Source: Escherichia coli O157:H7
GTDB taxonomy: Bacteria; Pseudomonadota; Gammaproteobacteria; Enterobacterales; Enterobacteriaceae
Length of the DNA stretch: 64,000 nucleotides
Assembly: GCF_013167455.1 (NCBI RefSeq)
Contig: NZ_CP038328.1
Strand: one strand, 5' to 3'
Below the pieces are notes generated by a model, which was not told where the DNA came from, ran no database searches, and worked only from the letters and a program-made list of their open reading frames with translations. Both the position numbers and the translations under genes were made by a program. Shown here piece after piece: positions 1 through 11,024 of this stretch. Positions within the stretch are counted from its first letter, which is position 1; every line of letters starts with the position of its first letter.

Positions 1-3000
1 ACTCAATAATCTCAGCCCAACTCTCATCAGTCTCTGGTACTGCCTCTGGCGTTGCCGAAACTTTAGTGTCAACGCTTTCCTGCGGTAAATGCACGGCTTT
101 ACGGCTGGTAAAGGTCATATCCGGCAGGAACTGTAACAGGTTTACCAGTCGCCAGAAGCCATTGAGTCCCGCTTCATAACCGTCATCCTGCGTATAGCGA
201 TCGTCAAAACAGATATGCAAACGCAGCCAGCTGCGCATTTGTGCGACGCTGGTCGTCGGTTTAATGGCTTGTTGTGGTAACACCGAAGCCAGCTCAATAA
301 ATTGCTGCGATGAGTTACAGCTATCGAGTAAACCACCAAAGACAAACGGTTCGTCTGGCAAAAGCTCTGCTAGCCGCCAAGCTGGCGCGTTTTCCTGCAT
401 TTCATAGGCATACTTTTGTTTCGTTCCCGCGTCCTGTGACTTCTTCACATCCAACCACACCCAGGCATGTGCAGCAGCCATTCTCTGCCATAACTGCGTT
501 CTTCCGCCCGGATCGGCGAGATAATCCAGCAGCAGTGCAAAACTGTTGCGTTCCCGGAACGACGCTTCAAGGGCCGCAAAGTTGGTATCATGAAACAGGT
601 TATAAAACTTAGGCTGTTTCATATCCGGGTTATGCCCAAGTCCCAGGACATCCTGAACATGTTTAAGCCCTGGCTCTTTGAGATCGGCCCACGTGACTGT
701 CCACACCCAGAAATTACCGCTATCCCGAATCGCCTGGCGTTTTTGCACATCCTCTGCGACGCTATTTTTGTGGAACGCAAAGCCATCAAGGAAAATAGCC
801 ACCGGTTTAATGGCATCAGACTGCATAAGCGGATATAGCACGTAATCCGGGCGACAAGGGATCCCCACCGCCTCTTTAGCGCCTAAATCCACCTGAGCTT
901 TAAGATGCCAGCTCATCATCGGTTCGCTGCGGGTGTTAATAATCCACCCAGCGCCCTGATGCGCGTAACTGCGACTGACAATCAGGTTTTTATTTTCTTG
1001 CAGGCAGCTAATAAACCGTTTTTCCAGCTCACTGCCCATCATGGCTTCGAGGGAAATGTTTTTGATGGAATCAATTACCCGTATCGAATCTCTTGCCTGC
1101 AAAATTTTCGCCAGCAAGAGACGCGCCTGATCGCGGGAGACATACTTCATGCGCCCACGGTCACGGTAAGCGTAAACGCAACGATAACAACCATCTTTAT
1201 GCGTATCATTGTTGCAACTGCATTCCACTATTGCCTGATAGGCCAGTTCAAGTAATTTCAGCAAATTGTCGGGAGTGCGCATCAGTTCTTTAAGAGAACC
1301 AGTCCCCCCCGGGACGGTATCGTAAATCACCAGATACTGCCGCCAGGATTCGCCTTCATTTTCCGGCTCGCGGTACACAACGCCTTTCAGGTGATCGACA
1401 TTCCCCTTGAAGTAATGTTTAAGACCGAGCTGGATCGCCGCCCCAAGAGAAGCCTCCACGACACGGTCATTACTGTAACTGCTTACCGGGAGCAGAATAC
1501 GCAACGCTTCTGACTCCAGCTGGCGATAGAGGTAGAGATAATCTTCGAACTTCGCCTTTTCCGGTTCCGTGCGATATTTGCAGCTCAAATCATGACGTGG
1601 TTCATGATCGCGAGGACGCTGCACCATGCCGCACCCGAGGCAAACTTTAAACCCGGTTCGCTTCTTCGCTTCTCCGGCAATCATCAACTCATTGGCATCA
1701 TCCGCCATTTTGCCGAAGTTGATATCCCGCAGGGTGACTTTGCTTAAAAATTCAAAACCAAACGGAACTTCGCCTTCCTCAATCGCGTATGCCGCCGATA
1801 CATCTTCTTTTTCGAAACTAACCAATAGCTGACGCTGGAAGAAAGCAGGTTCACGGCTGTCGCTCTCGTCGCTGATCTGGCTATCACGTGCGCTGGCGCG
1901 GGCATAAACCTGGCGAAGTTTCAGCAGCGTGGTTTTTTGTCCGGCATCGGCCCACCCCGGTGTGCCACATTTCGGGCAATATTTATGCTGGTCGCCCGTC
2001 TGGTCGATATTTTCGCTGTAGTTACAGTGGCTACAGATACGCCAGTTCTCCGGCTCAGAGACCTTCAGGTCTATCTGCTCAATTTCAACTTTATGCCCAC
2101 CGGCATAGAAATTATTCAGCGGAGCCAGCTCAGCCAGCGCCGTTGATGCCGGGCGTTCATATTCGAAAGTGGTGTTTTGATATTCACGTGCTTCCCCGCC
2201 TTCTTTACGCCGCCAGAGCACAGAACGTAACGTAATACCGGCTTCCGGGAAGGCGTAGTTAGGCAGCAGACCTTCATCCGTGAGGAAATTCAGCGTTTGC
2301 TTATTGTTGATTTGATTGACCAGCGCCATCAGCGCCTGCCGTTCCGAAGTTAACTCGCGCATATCGCTATCAAAGTTTTGATCGCGCGGCGCGTTCTCCA
2401 GTTTATCGATACTGCGCTTGAGTTTATCGATGCGTGAGCGCAAAGATTTGCGATCTTCCACCAGCAGTTTTAACGCTTCTTCGATACGCTGCACCAGCGA
2501 GCGTTGTCCTGGCGCGCCCTGAAGATAAGACAACAGCTGTTGGCGAGTTTCTGCGGCAAGATCGGGGAAGATTGCCGTAAATTGCGCAGCAATCTCCGCA
2601 TGATGCTGTTCGATATATCGCAGTAAGTTATACGGAAAACCCGATTTACGCCCGAACTCCAGCTCATCCAGCATCTGTTTGACGTTTTTACAGATAGCGG
2701 ATTCTGGTACACCGGTTTTCACCCAGTTATCCATACAAAAAGCTGCCAGCTGGCGTTCGAGAATAGCCGTTGCATTAAGGAAGACGCCAGGAGCCTGCAC
2801 CTGGCCCTGCATCATCTCCAGTGGTTCTTCAAAGAAAAACTGATCGTGCGGGTTCCCTTCTGCCACGGTAATGTTTAACGCGTTACCATCTTTACGACCG
2901 GCGCGACCAATACGCTGCAAGTAGTTGGCCTGAGCAGGTGGGACAGAACAGAGTAAAACGGTGGAAAGATCCCCAACGTCAATACCCATCTCCAGCGTCG

Positions 3001-6000
3001 GTGTTGCCGACAACAGGTTGATATTCCACGGTTGGTTGCCGCGGTAGAACGATTTTTCGGTGACTTCGCGATCTTCACGGCTAAGCAGCCCCGTGTGTTC
3101 TGCGCCCTGTACGCGCGCGATGTCCATGTTCTCCCAACGCCAGGTCGCCGTATTGTCGACTTCCTGGTAACGACCTTCACAACGTAAAGAGAGACAAGGC
3201 GCATTACGCCACTGCCAGCCTTGATCGGCCGGAGCCCGGACAACCTCACGGCAACATGAGCAATTAAGCTGAACGACGTCACGGCTCACCACCAGCGCCG
3301 AAGGCACCAGTCCCCAGGCTTCACGCCCTTTGGTGTCAAAATCTTTTACTACTCCGGCTATTTTCAACGCCGTAAACAGGCGTCGTAACACTGTTTCCGC
3401 AACGCTACTGATAAACAGATTATTGCCGTTACTCAGCGTGCGATTGATCCAATGCTGATACCAACTGGGGTTAGACTTCGCGCCAATCAGGCGATGGAAA
3501 CCATTAATTTTTTCAAACGACGCATAAGCCGGTTTACGCGTTTTCGGACCGATAGAAGGCATATAGCGCGAGGTACGCTCTTTTTGCGTCATCATAAAGG
3601 TCGTGCCATCACGGCGATAACTTTCGAACGCCGGATGCATAACGGCCCCGGCCTGGCGTTGATACCAGATAACCCCCAGCGCCAGGTGCGCTACCTGCTC
3701 GACGCTCACACCAGACATCTCATCACCCAGCTCTTCACAAAGCTGTTGATGCAGGGCGGTAATTGCCGGATTGAAGCGATCTTTATCCACTCCGGCAACG
3801 GCATAACCGGTGGCTTCCAGCGTACGTCCGATACGCGCGCGCAGGGTAAATTCGCTGTACACCTCCCAGTCGAGGCGCAGGGAAACCAGCTCCGGCAGAT
3901 CGGAGTTCTCCGCCAGTTTGCCTTCATTTTTCAGCGTCTGATAATCATTCAGCCACTGCATATTTGGTGCGATGACGTTTGCTGCAAAATGAGCATCGTC
4001 CGGTGAACGTTCACGCGTTTGTTGGCAAACACGCGCCGCGAACGCATCCAGCGGTAATGTCTCTTTTTCGCTAAGAACACTGGCGATTTGCCCACGAATC
4101 ATCAGCGGCCAGGTACGGGCAGTAAAGAAGCTGGCACGATGCGCGGCGTCTTGTACCGAGTCAGAAAACGTAATCAGCTTTTTATGTTCGTTGAACTGGC
4201 TGCCATAAAGCTGGTGAATCATCACCGCCGACAGACTGGCAGCCCGTGACCCCAGAATCGAAATCCCCTGTTTGCTGTTGCAGTACGGGCATTCATTAGC
4301 AAACTCCAGCTCGTCCTTACGCTCTTTGAGCATATCCGGGATCAGTACCTGCAACAGTTCCGTATGACCGCAATGTCCACACTGGACGCTGGACTGTCGG
4401 TTCAGTTTCAGACAGGTAGGACACAGTTTCTGGTGTGCGCCACTGACCGCTTTTTCGTTGTTATCCGGGAAAGCAAGGACGATGGAGCGCCCTTTTTCAA
4501 AGAACTGGCGATAAATGCCGTCGAGGTCTGTTTCCAACTGAACGCTTTGCCCATGACGCAGGCTGGCCCAGCCAGTTGCGTGGCAGTCACGGCAGTGGAT
4601 AACCGGCAAATAGTGTTCGCGATCTTCCACCGCCACATCATCGGCAAACACCAGTCGGGGCGTTTTCGCCACGCTGGCGACCAGACGACGCATCTCACGA
4701 AGCCACAACTGGGAGCGCAGTTGCACAAACGGCAGCACCGGACGCGCTTTCTTCGCCTGGAGACGTTTTTGCCGATCGTGTTCCGTTTCCGGTACTTCGA
4801 GACGTGCCTGCGCGATCAGTGCCAGAATGCTTTGCAGCACGCGTCGGGCATGGTCGGCGCTTTCTGCCAGCATGACCTGGAGATTTTCCAGACACTCTCG
4901 TTCAGAGAGGATCCCGCCTTGCAGATCATGGAGTAAGACATGCATCACGCTGTGGCGGCGTAACAGTGACCCCAGCGCAATACGCTTTTCACGCCCGTCG
5001 TCGCTCTCCAGATCGTCCGGGAGTTGCAAGTCGCTGTCGGGGAACCACAAAGGGATTTGCCCGTTAAGATACGCTACCGGGGTAGCGTAACTCTGCGGGT
5101 CCAGGGCCGAAGCGACCTCCGGCCCCGGATACTGACTGTACGCAATGGCGTAATTCTGCAAGTACTCCGCTGCCGTGTAGCGATCTTCGCGAATAACGGC
5201 GTCATCGGTAAACGGCTGGTCAAAGATTGTTTTTGCGTAATCGAGCAGTTGCCCCAGTTCGTCGCCGACGGTAGCTGATGTCCCGACGCAGGCGAATCGT
5301 TGGTTATCCACACCTATGTGATGCTTCAAACGTCGCACCAGACAGGCCAGATCCGACCCTTGCGCGCCATCAAACGTATGCAATTCATCCACGACCAGGT
5401 AACGCAATGAACCGGGCTGGTTGTAACGCCAGAGCGGCTGATCGCCAGGGCGCATCAGCAGGTAGTCGAGCATTTTGTAGTTGGTCAACAGGATGTCCGG
5501 CGGGCTTTCGCGCAGCGTGTGCTTACAGGTAATGACCTTTTCTGCCGACATTTTTTTGCTGGGTTCGATTTCGCTGTCGCCGACAAACAGGCCGACGGTC
5601 ACCTTGCCATGCAGTTGTGGATCGCTGGCGATGGTTTTGGCGAAACGGCTGGCCTGATCGGTTGCCAGGGCGTTCATCGGGTAGATGATAATCGCTTTAA
5701 CCCCGGCTTGTGACGCGCCCGCGCAGTGGTTGAGCAGCGGGAACATAAAACATTCTGTTTTACCGGAGCCGGTACCGGTTGCGACCAGCGTCGGCTGTGG
5801 CGCGTCGCTTCCCAGACGCTGAAATGCCCGGGCCTGATGCGCGTGCGGCGGGAACGGCAGCGTCAGATTAGGGAAAAAATTCAGCGGTAAGTCACTTTTA
5901 CGAAACGGCAACTGGGCGGAAAGGTATGGTCCTTTCAGCAGCGTTTCCGGCTGGGCCAGAAATTGCTCCAGCATTGAGACATTATCGTTATTCTCACCGT

Positions 6001-6088
6001 TAAACAGCGGGCTGTTTAGCGGGAACGCCGCCCGTAAAAAGGCGGCAACGCTGTCGGCGACCTGCCGACTGACAACGGACGGCAACAT
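1..6088 (-). CDS. Giant DExH-box helicase with C-terminal Cys-cluster/DUF1998-like region (DruE / DrmA-DrmB-like); partial, runs off window start (>2029 aa)
   Basis: Absent from ORF track because no stop codon lies inside the window. ATG at 6088-6086 overlaps the TGA of the upstream gene (TGATG). Hand translation of this minus frame starts MLPSVVSRQVADSV. Walker A TLVATGTGSGKTECFM was checked codon by codon at 5791-5744; DELH box, QRIGRAGR motif and Cys cluster ECSCNNDTHKDGCYRC (~1215-1168) were read by eye. The track reports no >=60 aa ORF in this minus frame anywhere in 1-6088, while the other two minus frames have several, consistent with one continuous open frame. Confidence 0.7.
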   Translation of the reverse strand, partial: MLPSVVSRQVADSVAAFLRAAFPLNSPLFNGENNDNVSMLEQFLAQPETLLKGPYLSAQLPFRKSDLPLNFFPNLTLPFPPHAHQARAFQRLGSDAPQPTLVATGTGSGKTECFMFPLLNHCAGASQAGVKAIIIYPMNALATDQASRFAKTIASDPQLHGKVTVGLFVGDSEIEPSKKMSAEKVITCKHTLRESPPDILLTNYKMLDYLLMRPGDQPLWRYNQPGSLRYLVVDELHTFDGAQGSDLACLVRRLKHHIGVDNQRFACVGTSATVGDELGQLLDYAKTIFDQPFTDDAVIREDRYTAAEYLQNYAIAYSQYPGPEVASALDPQSYATPVAYLNGQIPLWFPDSDLQLPDDLESDDGREKRIALGSLLRRHSVMHVLLHDLQGGILSERECLENLQVMLAESADHARRVLQSILALIAQARLEVPETEHDRQKRLQAKKARPVLPFVQLRSQLWLREMRRLVASVAKTPRLVFADDVAVEDREHYLPVIHCRDCHATGWASLRHGQSVQLETDLDGIYRQFFEKGRSIVLAFPDNNEKAVSGAHQKLCPTCLKLNRQSSVQCGHCGHTELLQVLIPDMLKERKDELEFANECPYCNSKQGISILGSRAASLSAVMIHQLYGSQFNEHKKLITFSDSVQDAAHRASFFTARTWPLMIRGQIASVLSEKETLPLDAFAARVCQQTRERSPDDAHFAANVIAPNMQWLNDYQTLKNEGKLAENSDLPELVSLRLDWEVYSEFTLRARIGRTLEATGYAVAGVDKDRFNPAITALHQQLCEELGDEMSGVSVEQVAHLALGVIWYQRQAGAVMHPAFESYRRDGTTFMMTQKERTSRYMPSIGPKTRKPAYASFEKINGFHRLIGAKSNPSWYQHWINRTLSNGNNLFISSVAETVLRRLFTALKIAGVVKDFDTKGREAWGLVPSALVVSRDVVQLNCSCCREVVRAPADQGWQWRNAPCLSLRCEGRYQEVDNTATWRWENMDIARVQGAEHTGLLSREDREVTEKSFYRGNQPWNINLLSATPTLEMGIDVGDLSTVLLCSVPPAQANYLQRIGRAGRKDGNALNITVAEGNPHDQFFFEEPLEMMQGQVQAPGVFLNATAILERQLAAFCMDNWVKTGVPESAICKNVKQMLDELEFGRKSGFPYNLLRYIEQHHAEIAAQFTAIFPDLAAETRQQLLSYLQGAPGQRSLVQRIEEALKLLVEDRKSLRSRIDKLKRSIDKLENAPRDQNFDSDMRELTSERQALMALVNQINNKQTLNFLTDEGLLPNYAFPEAGITLRSVLWRRKEGGEAREYQNTTFEYERPASTALAELAPLNNFYAGGHKVEIEQIDLKVSEPENWRICSHCNYSENIDQTGDQHKYCPKCGTPGWADAGQKTTLLKLRQVYARASARDSQISDESDSREPAFFQRQLLVSFEKEDVSAAYAIEEGEVPFGFEFLSKVTLRDINFGKMADDANELMIAGEAKKRTGFKVCLGCGMVQRPRDHEPRHDLSCKYRTEPEKAKFEDYLYLYRQLESEALRILLPVSSYSNDRVVEASLGAAIQLGLKHYFKGNVDHLKGVVYREPENEGESWRQYLVIYDTVPGGTGSLKELMRTPDNLLKLLELAYQAIVECSCNNDTHKDGCYRCVYAYRDRGRMKYVSRDQARLLLAKILQARDSIRVIDSIKNISLEAMMGSELEKRFISCLQENKNLIVSRSYAHQGAGWIINTRSEPMMSWHLKAQVDLGAKEAVGIPCRPDYVLYPLMQSDAIKPVAIFLDGFAFHKNSVAEDVQKRQAIRDSGNFWVWTVTWADLKEPGLKHVQDVLGLGHNPDMKQPKFYNLFHDTNFAALEASFRERNSFALLLDYLADPGGRTQLWQRMAAAHAWVWLDVKKSQDAGTKQKYAYEMQENAPAWRLAELLPDEPFVFGGLLDSCNSSQQFIELASVLPQQAIKPTTSVAQMRSWLRLHICFDDRYTQDDGYEAGLNGFWRLVNLLQFLPDMTFTSRKAVHLPQESVDTKVSATPEAVPETDESWAEIIE

Positions 6089-9000
6089 CAGGCGCTCTCC
6101 TTATCTTGTGCAAAGAACGCCCAGGCCACTTTGTAGTCATCTTCGCGATCTGGCTTGATAAACGGAGCCTGCCAGGTGACGGTACGGCGCTCACCTTCGT
6201 CGCTGCGGGTATAATCATCAAAGGTGACGCTGACGGTACCGGTTTTAAGATGTTTGACATCATCCCAACCGATAGCTTGATCGGTGCAGTCACCGCCGGT
6301 CCACTCCGGGCTGTCGACGTTAAAGACAAAGCCGTTTTTCAGGTCAGCTTTACGCGCGGTGCGAGGCAAGCCAACGCCCACCAGCCCTTTGCTTGGGGTA
6401 AAGATAATGCGACCGTTTTGATCGTACCAGGTATCCGCTTCGTACTGGCGCATCACCGGGAACTGAACGCGATAAATGGTAAGCAGCTCTTCGAGAGTTA
6501 ACCCCAGCGCCTGCGCCACCAATACGTCGATTTCCACCAGCGCCTGACGACGACTGTAGTCAGAGCGTAAAGCGCAGTTACGCTGCCACTCTGGGGTCAG
6601 TTTGGCGAAGAAATCCTGGGGGAGCTGCGGGAGATCGCGGCTCCAACGCTGGGTGTTGAAGTCTGGGGTGTAGCAGGATTGCCAAAGGCCAGCATATACA
6701 TCATTTACAGAATTTAATGATAATACTAAGCAGTATAATAATGCCTTTTGTCTCGGATTGAATAATACGTATGAGAAACCATCAAGCATCTGATGTAAGT
6801 TTGCCTTGCCAGTAGATTTACAAATAAAATCAAAAGGTAAAGAAAAACACATACCTGAATGTTCGAGTAACAGATTCTGTGAGCTATAGCAGTAAGAACG
6901 TACTGCGTTCATGTGACTTATTTCTGGCGGATAAATAGCACTAATTAGTGTACGTTCCCCCGATTGAGCCAACATGGCTCTGATAGCTAAGCGATAATAA
7001 TCTGTTACCTTCTTCGGTTCATCTTCAGCCAGTTCAGTCCATGTAACGCATGGAGTACGTTTTGCATACTCCTGTGCATCACATGCCGGAATGTAGTTAG
7101 TGCGCGGCAGATAGTCGTCAGGCAGAGTTAGCAAGTCCAGGCAGTCATAATCGCTGTTAAGCGTACAGTTTTCGCGCGGAGTCTTGTAGAACGGCGTCCC
7201 AACAAAGAAATGAGGGCCAGACAGTACCCATTGTGATGAATCTTGAGGGAATTGAGTCTGCCGTAAAATTGTCCCATCCCTCTGAGCATATGTTTCATCG
7301 AACATAACCGTTGAAAAATACTGCCCCTGCAAATCACCTAATCTATTCGGCTGATTAGCAAACTTTTCCAGTACAGCAACAAGTTGTTTAGCATGTAAGG
7401 CTGGCAAACGTGCCTGCCAGGCTGGCGTTCCTTCGCTGTCATATAGACGAGCAAATAATTCTAGCTCATGAGTGGCGATACTTATTAATCGAGAACGGTG
7501 GCCAGATGTGTTCCATACAACTTTTAATTTTCCCTCGCTCTCAATCTCGTCTTTGAGACCGGGAATGTCCCCACTGCCAGAATGTTCAAAACATGCATCA
7601 ATAGTTTGCGGAGCATACAAATTAGATATATGTTCAAATCCCACTGTGCTAGGGCTAGCAGAATAAATATTGCTGCTAAACTTCGCATGGTGATCAACTT
7701 CAACAAACAAATTTAACTCATTCTGAAACTGAAAATGCGCCCTCAGCCTCGGATATACCGCCGCACGTAATTGCCCGCCTTTCGGGTCATCATAAATCCC
7801 TTCCGGGTGCAGGAAACCTGCCACGCCTTTCTGCGCCCCTAATCGCCAGGCCTGCGGCAGAAAGCATTTATACAAGTTGGTCTGCACCCCGCGCAGTACC
7901 GGGTAGTTCTGCTGCGCATTCAGGAAGTTTTGCATCCCTTCACAGCCTTCATACTCGCTGCGCCAGGCCGCTTCCAGCGCCGGGATCTGGTTAAAGGTAT
8001 CAATACGCAACGTTGCCAGCTTCGAGGCGCTCAGCTTACGCAGCACAAATTCCGGCTCGTAATCACCCAGCACGCCCGCTTCCTGCCATTCCACTTTCAG
8101 CCACGGCGGGTTTCCGAGCATCAGGTCAAAACCGCCGCGCTCGGCAAACAGGTCGCAGAACTCCAGATCCCAGTGGAAGAAACGGTGCTGCTTTCTCAGG
8201 GCATCGACAATCGCCAGACGCGGCAAATGACGGAACAACACCTCGGTTTTCAGACGACCAGCAACAGAAAACAGCGAAGACTCTTCTCGCAGCAGGCCTT
8301 CTTCGGCAAACAGATCGCCGGTGGTGTGCTCCGCAACTTCAGTGACTTTTTCCGTGATTACAATCCCGTCAAGCAGGGTTTCAATCTCAAACAACCAGGT
8401 GCCGCGATCCGGTAGCTCATCGGCTTTGTCGATCGGCCAGAACCACAGCGCGCACCAGTAGTCCATTACCCAACGCAGCTTCTGGTAGGCGCTGTTATCT
8501 TCAAGACGACCGCTAAAGGTTTCATCTTTACTGCTCAGCGAAGAACGCGTCTGCTCGCTGTTTTCTGCCGGCCACACCGGGTAGCTGTCGGCGGTTTTCA
8601 GACGTTCTGCTTTAAGTTGCTGGCGATAGGTGTTCCACAGTGCTTCCACCTTTTCGCTGATACGCTGCACATCAGCAATCTCATGCCCGGCAAAGCTTTT
8701 AATAAACTCTTTGCGCCAGCTGTCCAGCGCTTTGAAGTCATCCGGATAACGCTGCTTAACAGTTTTATCGCTGTAGTTAGCCATACCGCCGTCGGGCAGC
8801 AGGAAGTGGAAAATCTGCGTCTCTTCACGCGGCGTGTTCATCGCCAGTTCGACCGGCTCGCTGTTAAGCCAGCTCGGATCTTTGGCTTTTTTGTAGGTCA
8901 GTTCGCTCTTGTTGAACACCTGACGGCGCGCGCCCACCAGCGAGTTACCGCAGTGCAGCTGGTAACCAAACCACGGTACAAACGCATCGCCACTAATGGC

Positions 9001-11022
9001 GTTCAGCCACAGCGACACTTCCGCCAGTTCCACCGCCACCGGGTTTAAGTCCACGCCGAAAACGTTGTTGTCGGCAATGTACATTTTCACCCGCTGTAAC
9101 TCCTGGGTGTAACGATCCTGCGGAATACGGCGACCTTCCGCCTGCTGCTTGTGGAACAGATACGCTTCCGCCAGCTGGTTGATGGCTTCGTTAAGGAACG
9201 CCGCGCTGCCCATCGCCGGTTCGCACACGGTGAGGTTTAAGATGGCATCAGCTTTGGCGTGCGGATCGCTAATGGGATCAATCTGCTCCTTAAACAGTTC
9301 TTTCAGGGCATATTTAACCAGTGAGCGGGTCAGCACTTCCGGGGTGTAATAAGAGGCAGATTTCTCACGGTCGCGCCCGGCCATACGGTAGATAAAGCTG
9401 CCTTTGCGGTGAATGCGCAGACTGCCGTCTTTCTCGTAGACCTTCTCGTCTTCGTGGTATTTGCTAATCTCATCCTTACTGACGAAGTAACCCGTCTCCA
9501 GCTCGTTAAACTCTTCCCCGGCTTTCTTCACCTCGTAGAGATCTTCGCTGGCGAAGAATCCGCGATAGGAGAGCAGCGCCTCATACACCGCACCCAACTG
9601 GTTGATACCCAACTGGCGATAAGAAATACGTCCGCGGCGGTTAAAGCGCCCTTTGGCCGGGCGGCTTAACGACATCGCCTGGATAATCTGTTGCAGGGTT
9701 TCGTTACGGAATACCACGCGGTTAAGAATGCGCGTGTTGTTGGCATCAAACAGATGACTTTCCAGACGCGGGACGCTGAACTGATGACTATGGATGGTGA
9801 TCCGGTCGCCGCTCTCCAGGTCACTCTGCATTTTCACGCCGCCGTTGTAGCCTTCGCGCACCAGTTTAAACAGCATATTCAGGCTGTCGTGGAAGTAGCG
9901 CCCGTTGCGATCTTCTTCGCTGGTCAGCGGGATCATCTCCAGATCGCGCAACGTTTCCAGGCTGTAACCTTGCAGATAGGTTTTGGCGGTCATTGGCGCA
10001 TAACCCAGCTCCGGGCGCGCTTCAATGTAGAACAGGAACAGCAGGCGGTACATGTAACGCAGACATTCGCGGCTCAGTTCATCCGGGTCCACCGCACGAT
10101 TACCTGTATAGTTTGCCAGGCCACGGTCGATCAGATAATGCATCGCTTCGTTGCCCAGCAACTCAATGCTTTCGCGCAGGGCATATTTCAGATCTTCCGA
10201 AACACCAAACGCATGTTTGTGCGAATTGTCATCCAGCGAGTCAAGATAAGGTGCCCCACTGCCCGGCAGCAGAGAATCTTTATGTAACAACACCGCAGTC
10301 GCTTTCAGCGTATCCGTTTCACGACGGCTTAAAATCTCTTCAAAATCAAAACGTAGCAGACGGTTTTGCGCCCACTTAGTACGGTCCAACAACAATAGCT
10401 GACGGTTACCGAGCAGCAGCACAAAACGCGGCGGTTCATTTTGGGTGAAGACCGCCGTAGAGAGCAAATCCTGCCAGCTGCGATATTCACCGTTGGCTTT
10501 TTTGCGCAGGCTGTCGTGCTTATGTTTGTCGGTATCCGCCGGGAATTGCGCGGTCAGTAAGGAGAGCGCCAGCGGATCCAGCGTTCCTTCTTCCTGATCG
10601 TGTGCTTCAACAATCCACAGCCACGGGCTACCGTCAGTGCTGTTGTAACGCGCCAGTACCGGCAGCGGTGTATCGTCATCCAGCATTTGGATCTGTGGCG
10701 TAATTTCGTAGCCCAGCGCCTTTAACAATGGCTGCCAGCGATTACGTTGATCGGCCAGACGCTGCGGGATCTGACGCTGTTTTTCGTGCTCGGCAAGTTT
10801 GCGGAAAAACTCAGTCGCCAGACTGTTAAACTGGTTCCACGGAGCGCGGTATCCCGGCTCCACGTCTTTGCCCTGTTCACGAGCGGCACGCTCCGCTTCA
10901 CGCGCTGCATTTTCCTGGGCTATCCAGGGTTCCAGCACATCGCGGATATCACTGGTGAAAACCTCACCCAAATAGTGGTTAGAGTAAAATTCGTTTTCGT
11001 TATTAATACCGACCAGCGCCAT
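6088..11022 (-). CDS. Large gamma-class N6-adenine DNA methyltransferase, PglX/MmeI-like (1644 aa), candidate DrmMI-like
   Basis: Track ORF. AdoMet motif I-like CEPAMGSAAFL, motif IV NPPW (FDLMLGNPPWLKV), YYTPEVL motif and N-terminal LRYMYRLLFLFYIEAR block typical of Type IIG/IIL and BREX/DISARM methyltransferases. GGAGGG Shine-Dalgarno 8 nt upstream; 2-bp gap to the upstream gene. Confidence 0.8.
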   Translation of the reverse strand: MALVGINNENEFYSNHYLGEVFTSDIRDVLEPWIAQENAAREAERAAREQGKDVEPGYRAPWNQFNSLATEFFRKLAEHEKQRQIPQRLADQRNRWQPLLKALGYEITPQIQMLDDDTPLPVLARYNSTDGSPWLWIVEAHDQEEGTLDPLALSLLTAQFPADTDKHKHDSLRKKANGEYRSWQDLLSTAVFTQNEPPRFVLLLGNRQLLLLDRTKWAQNRLLRFDFEEILSRRETDTLKATAVLLHKDSLLPGSGAPYLDSLDDNSHKHAFGVSEDLKYALRESIELLGNEAMHYLIDRGLANYTGNRAVDPDELSRECLRYMYRLLFLFYIEARPELGYAPMTAKTYLQGYSLETLRDLEMIPLTSEEDRNGRYFHDSLNMLFKLVREGYNGGVKMQSDLESGDRITIHSHQFSVPRLESHLFDANNTRILNRVVFRNETLQQIIQAMSLSRPAKGRFNRRGRISYRQLGINQLGAVYEALLSYRGFFASEDLYEVKKAGEEFNELETGYFVSKDEISKYHEDEKVYEKDGSLRIHRKGSFIYRMAGRDREKSASYYTPEVLTRSLVKYALKELFKEQIDPISDPHAKADAILNLTVCEPAMGSAAFLNEAINQLAEAYLFHKQQAEGRRIPQDRYTQELQRVKMYIADNNVFGVDLNPVAVELAEVSLWLNAISGDAFVPWFGYQLHCGNSLVGARRQVFNKSELTYKKAKDPSWLNSEPVELAMNTPREETQIFHFLLPDGGMANYSDKTVKQRYPDDFKALDSWRKEFIKSFAGHEIADVQRISEKVEALWNTYRQQLKAERLKTADSYPVWPAENSEQTRSSLSSKDETFSGRLEDNSAYQKLRWVMDYWCALWFWPIDKADELPDRGTWLFEIETLLDGIVITEKVTEVAEHTTGDLFAEEGLLREESSLFSVAGRLKTEVLFRHLPRLAIVDALRKQHRFFHWDLEFCDLFAERGGFDLMLGNPPWLKVEWQEAGVLGDYEPEFVLRKLSASKLATLRIDTFNQIPALEAAWRSEYEGCEGMQNFLNAQQNYPVLRGVQTNLYKCFLPQAWRLGAQKGVAGFLHPEGIYDDPKGGQLRAAVYPRLRAHFQFQNELNLFVEVDHHAKFSSNIYSASPSTVGFEHISNLYAPQTIDACFEHSGSGDIPGLKDEIESEGKLKVVWNTSGHRSRLISIATHELELFARLYDSEGTPAWQARLPALHAKQLVAVLEKFANQPNRLGDLQGQYFSTVMFDETYAQRDGTILRQTQFPQDSSQWVLSGPHFFVGTPFYKTPRENCTLNSDYDCLDLLTLPDDYLPRTNYIPACDAQEYAKRTPCVTWTELAEDEPKKVTDYYRLAIRAMLAQSGERTLISAIYPPEISHMNAVRSYCYSSQNLLLEHSGMCFSLPFDFICKSTGKANLHQMLDGFSYVLFNPRQKALLYCLVLSLNSVNDVYAGLWQSCYTPDFNTQRWSRDLPQLPQDFFAKLTPEWQRNCALRSDYSRRQALVEIDVLVAQALGLTLEELLTIYRVQFPVMRQYEADTWYDQNGRIIFTPSKGLVGVGLPRTARKADLKNGFVFNVDSPEWTGGDCTDQAIGWDDVKHLKTGTVSVTFDDYTRSDEGERRTVTWQAPFIKPDREDDYKVAWAFFAQDKESA

Positions 11023-11024
11023 GA

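Noticed and set aside
3452-4936. Plus-strand track ORFs (184 aa and 190 aa) and other short ORFs across 1-6088
   Set aside because: They are antisense or out of frame relative to the continuous minus-strand helicase ORF, and their compositions are typical of spurious ORFs.
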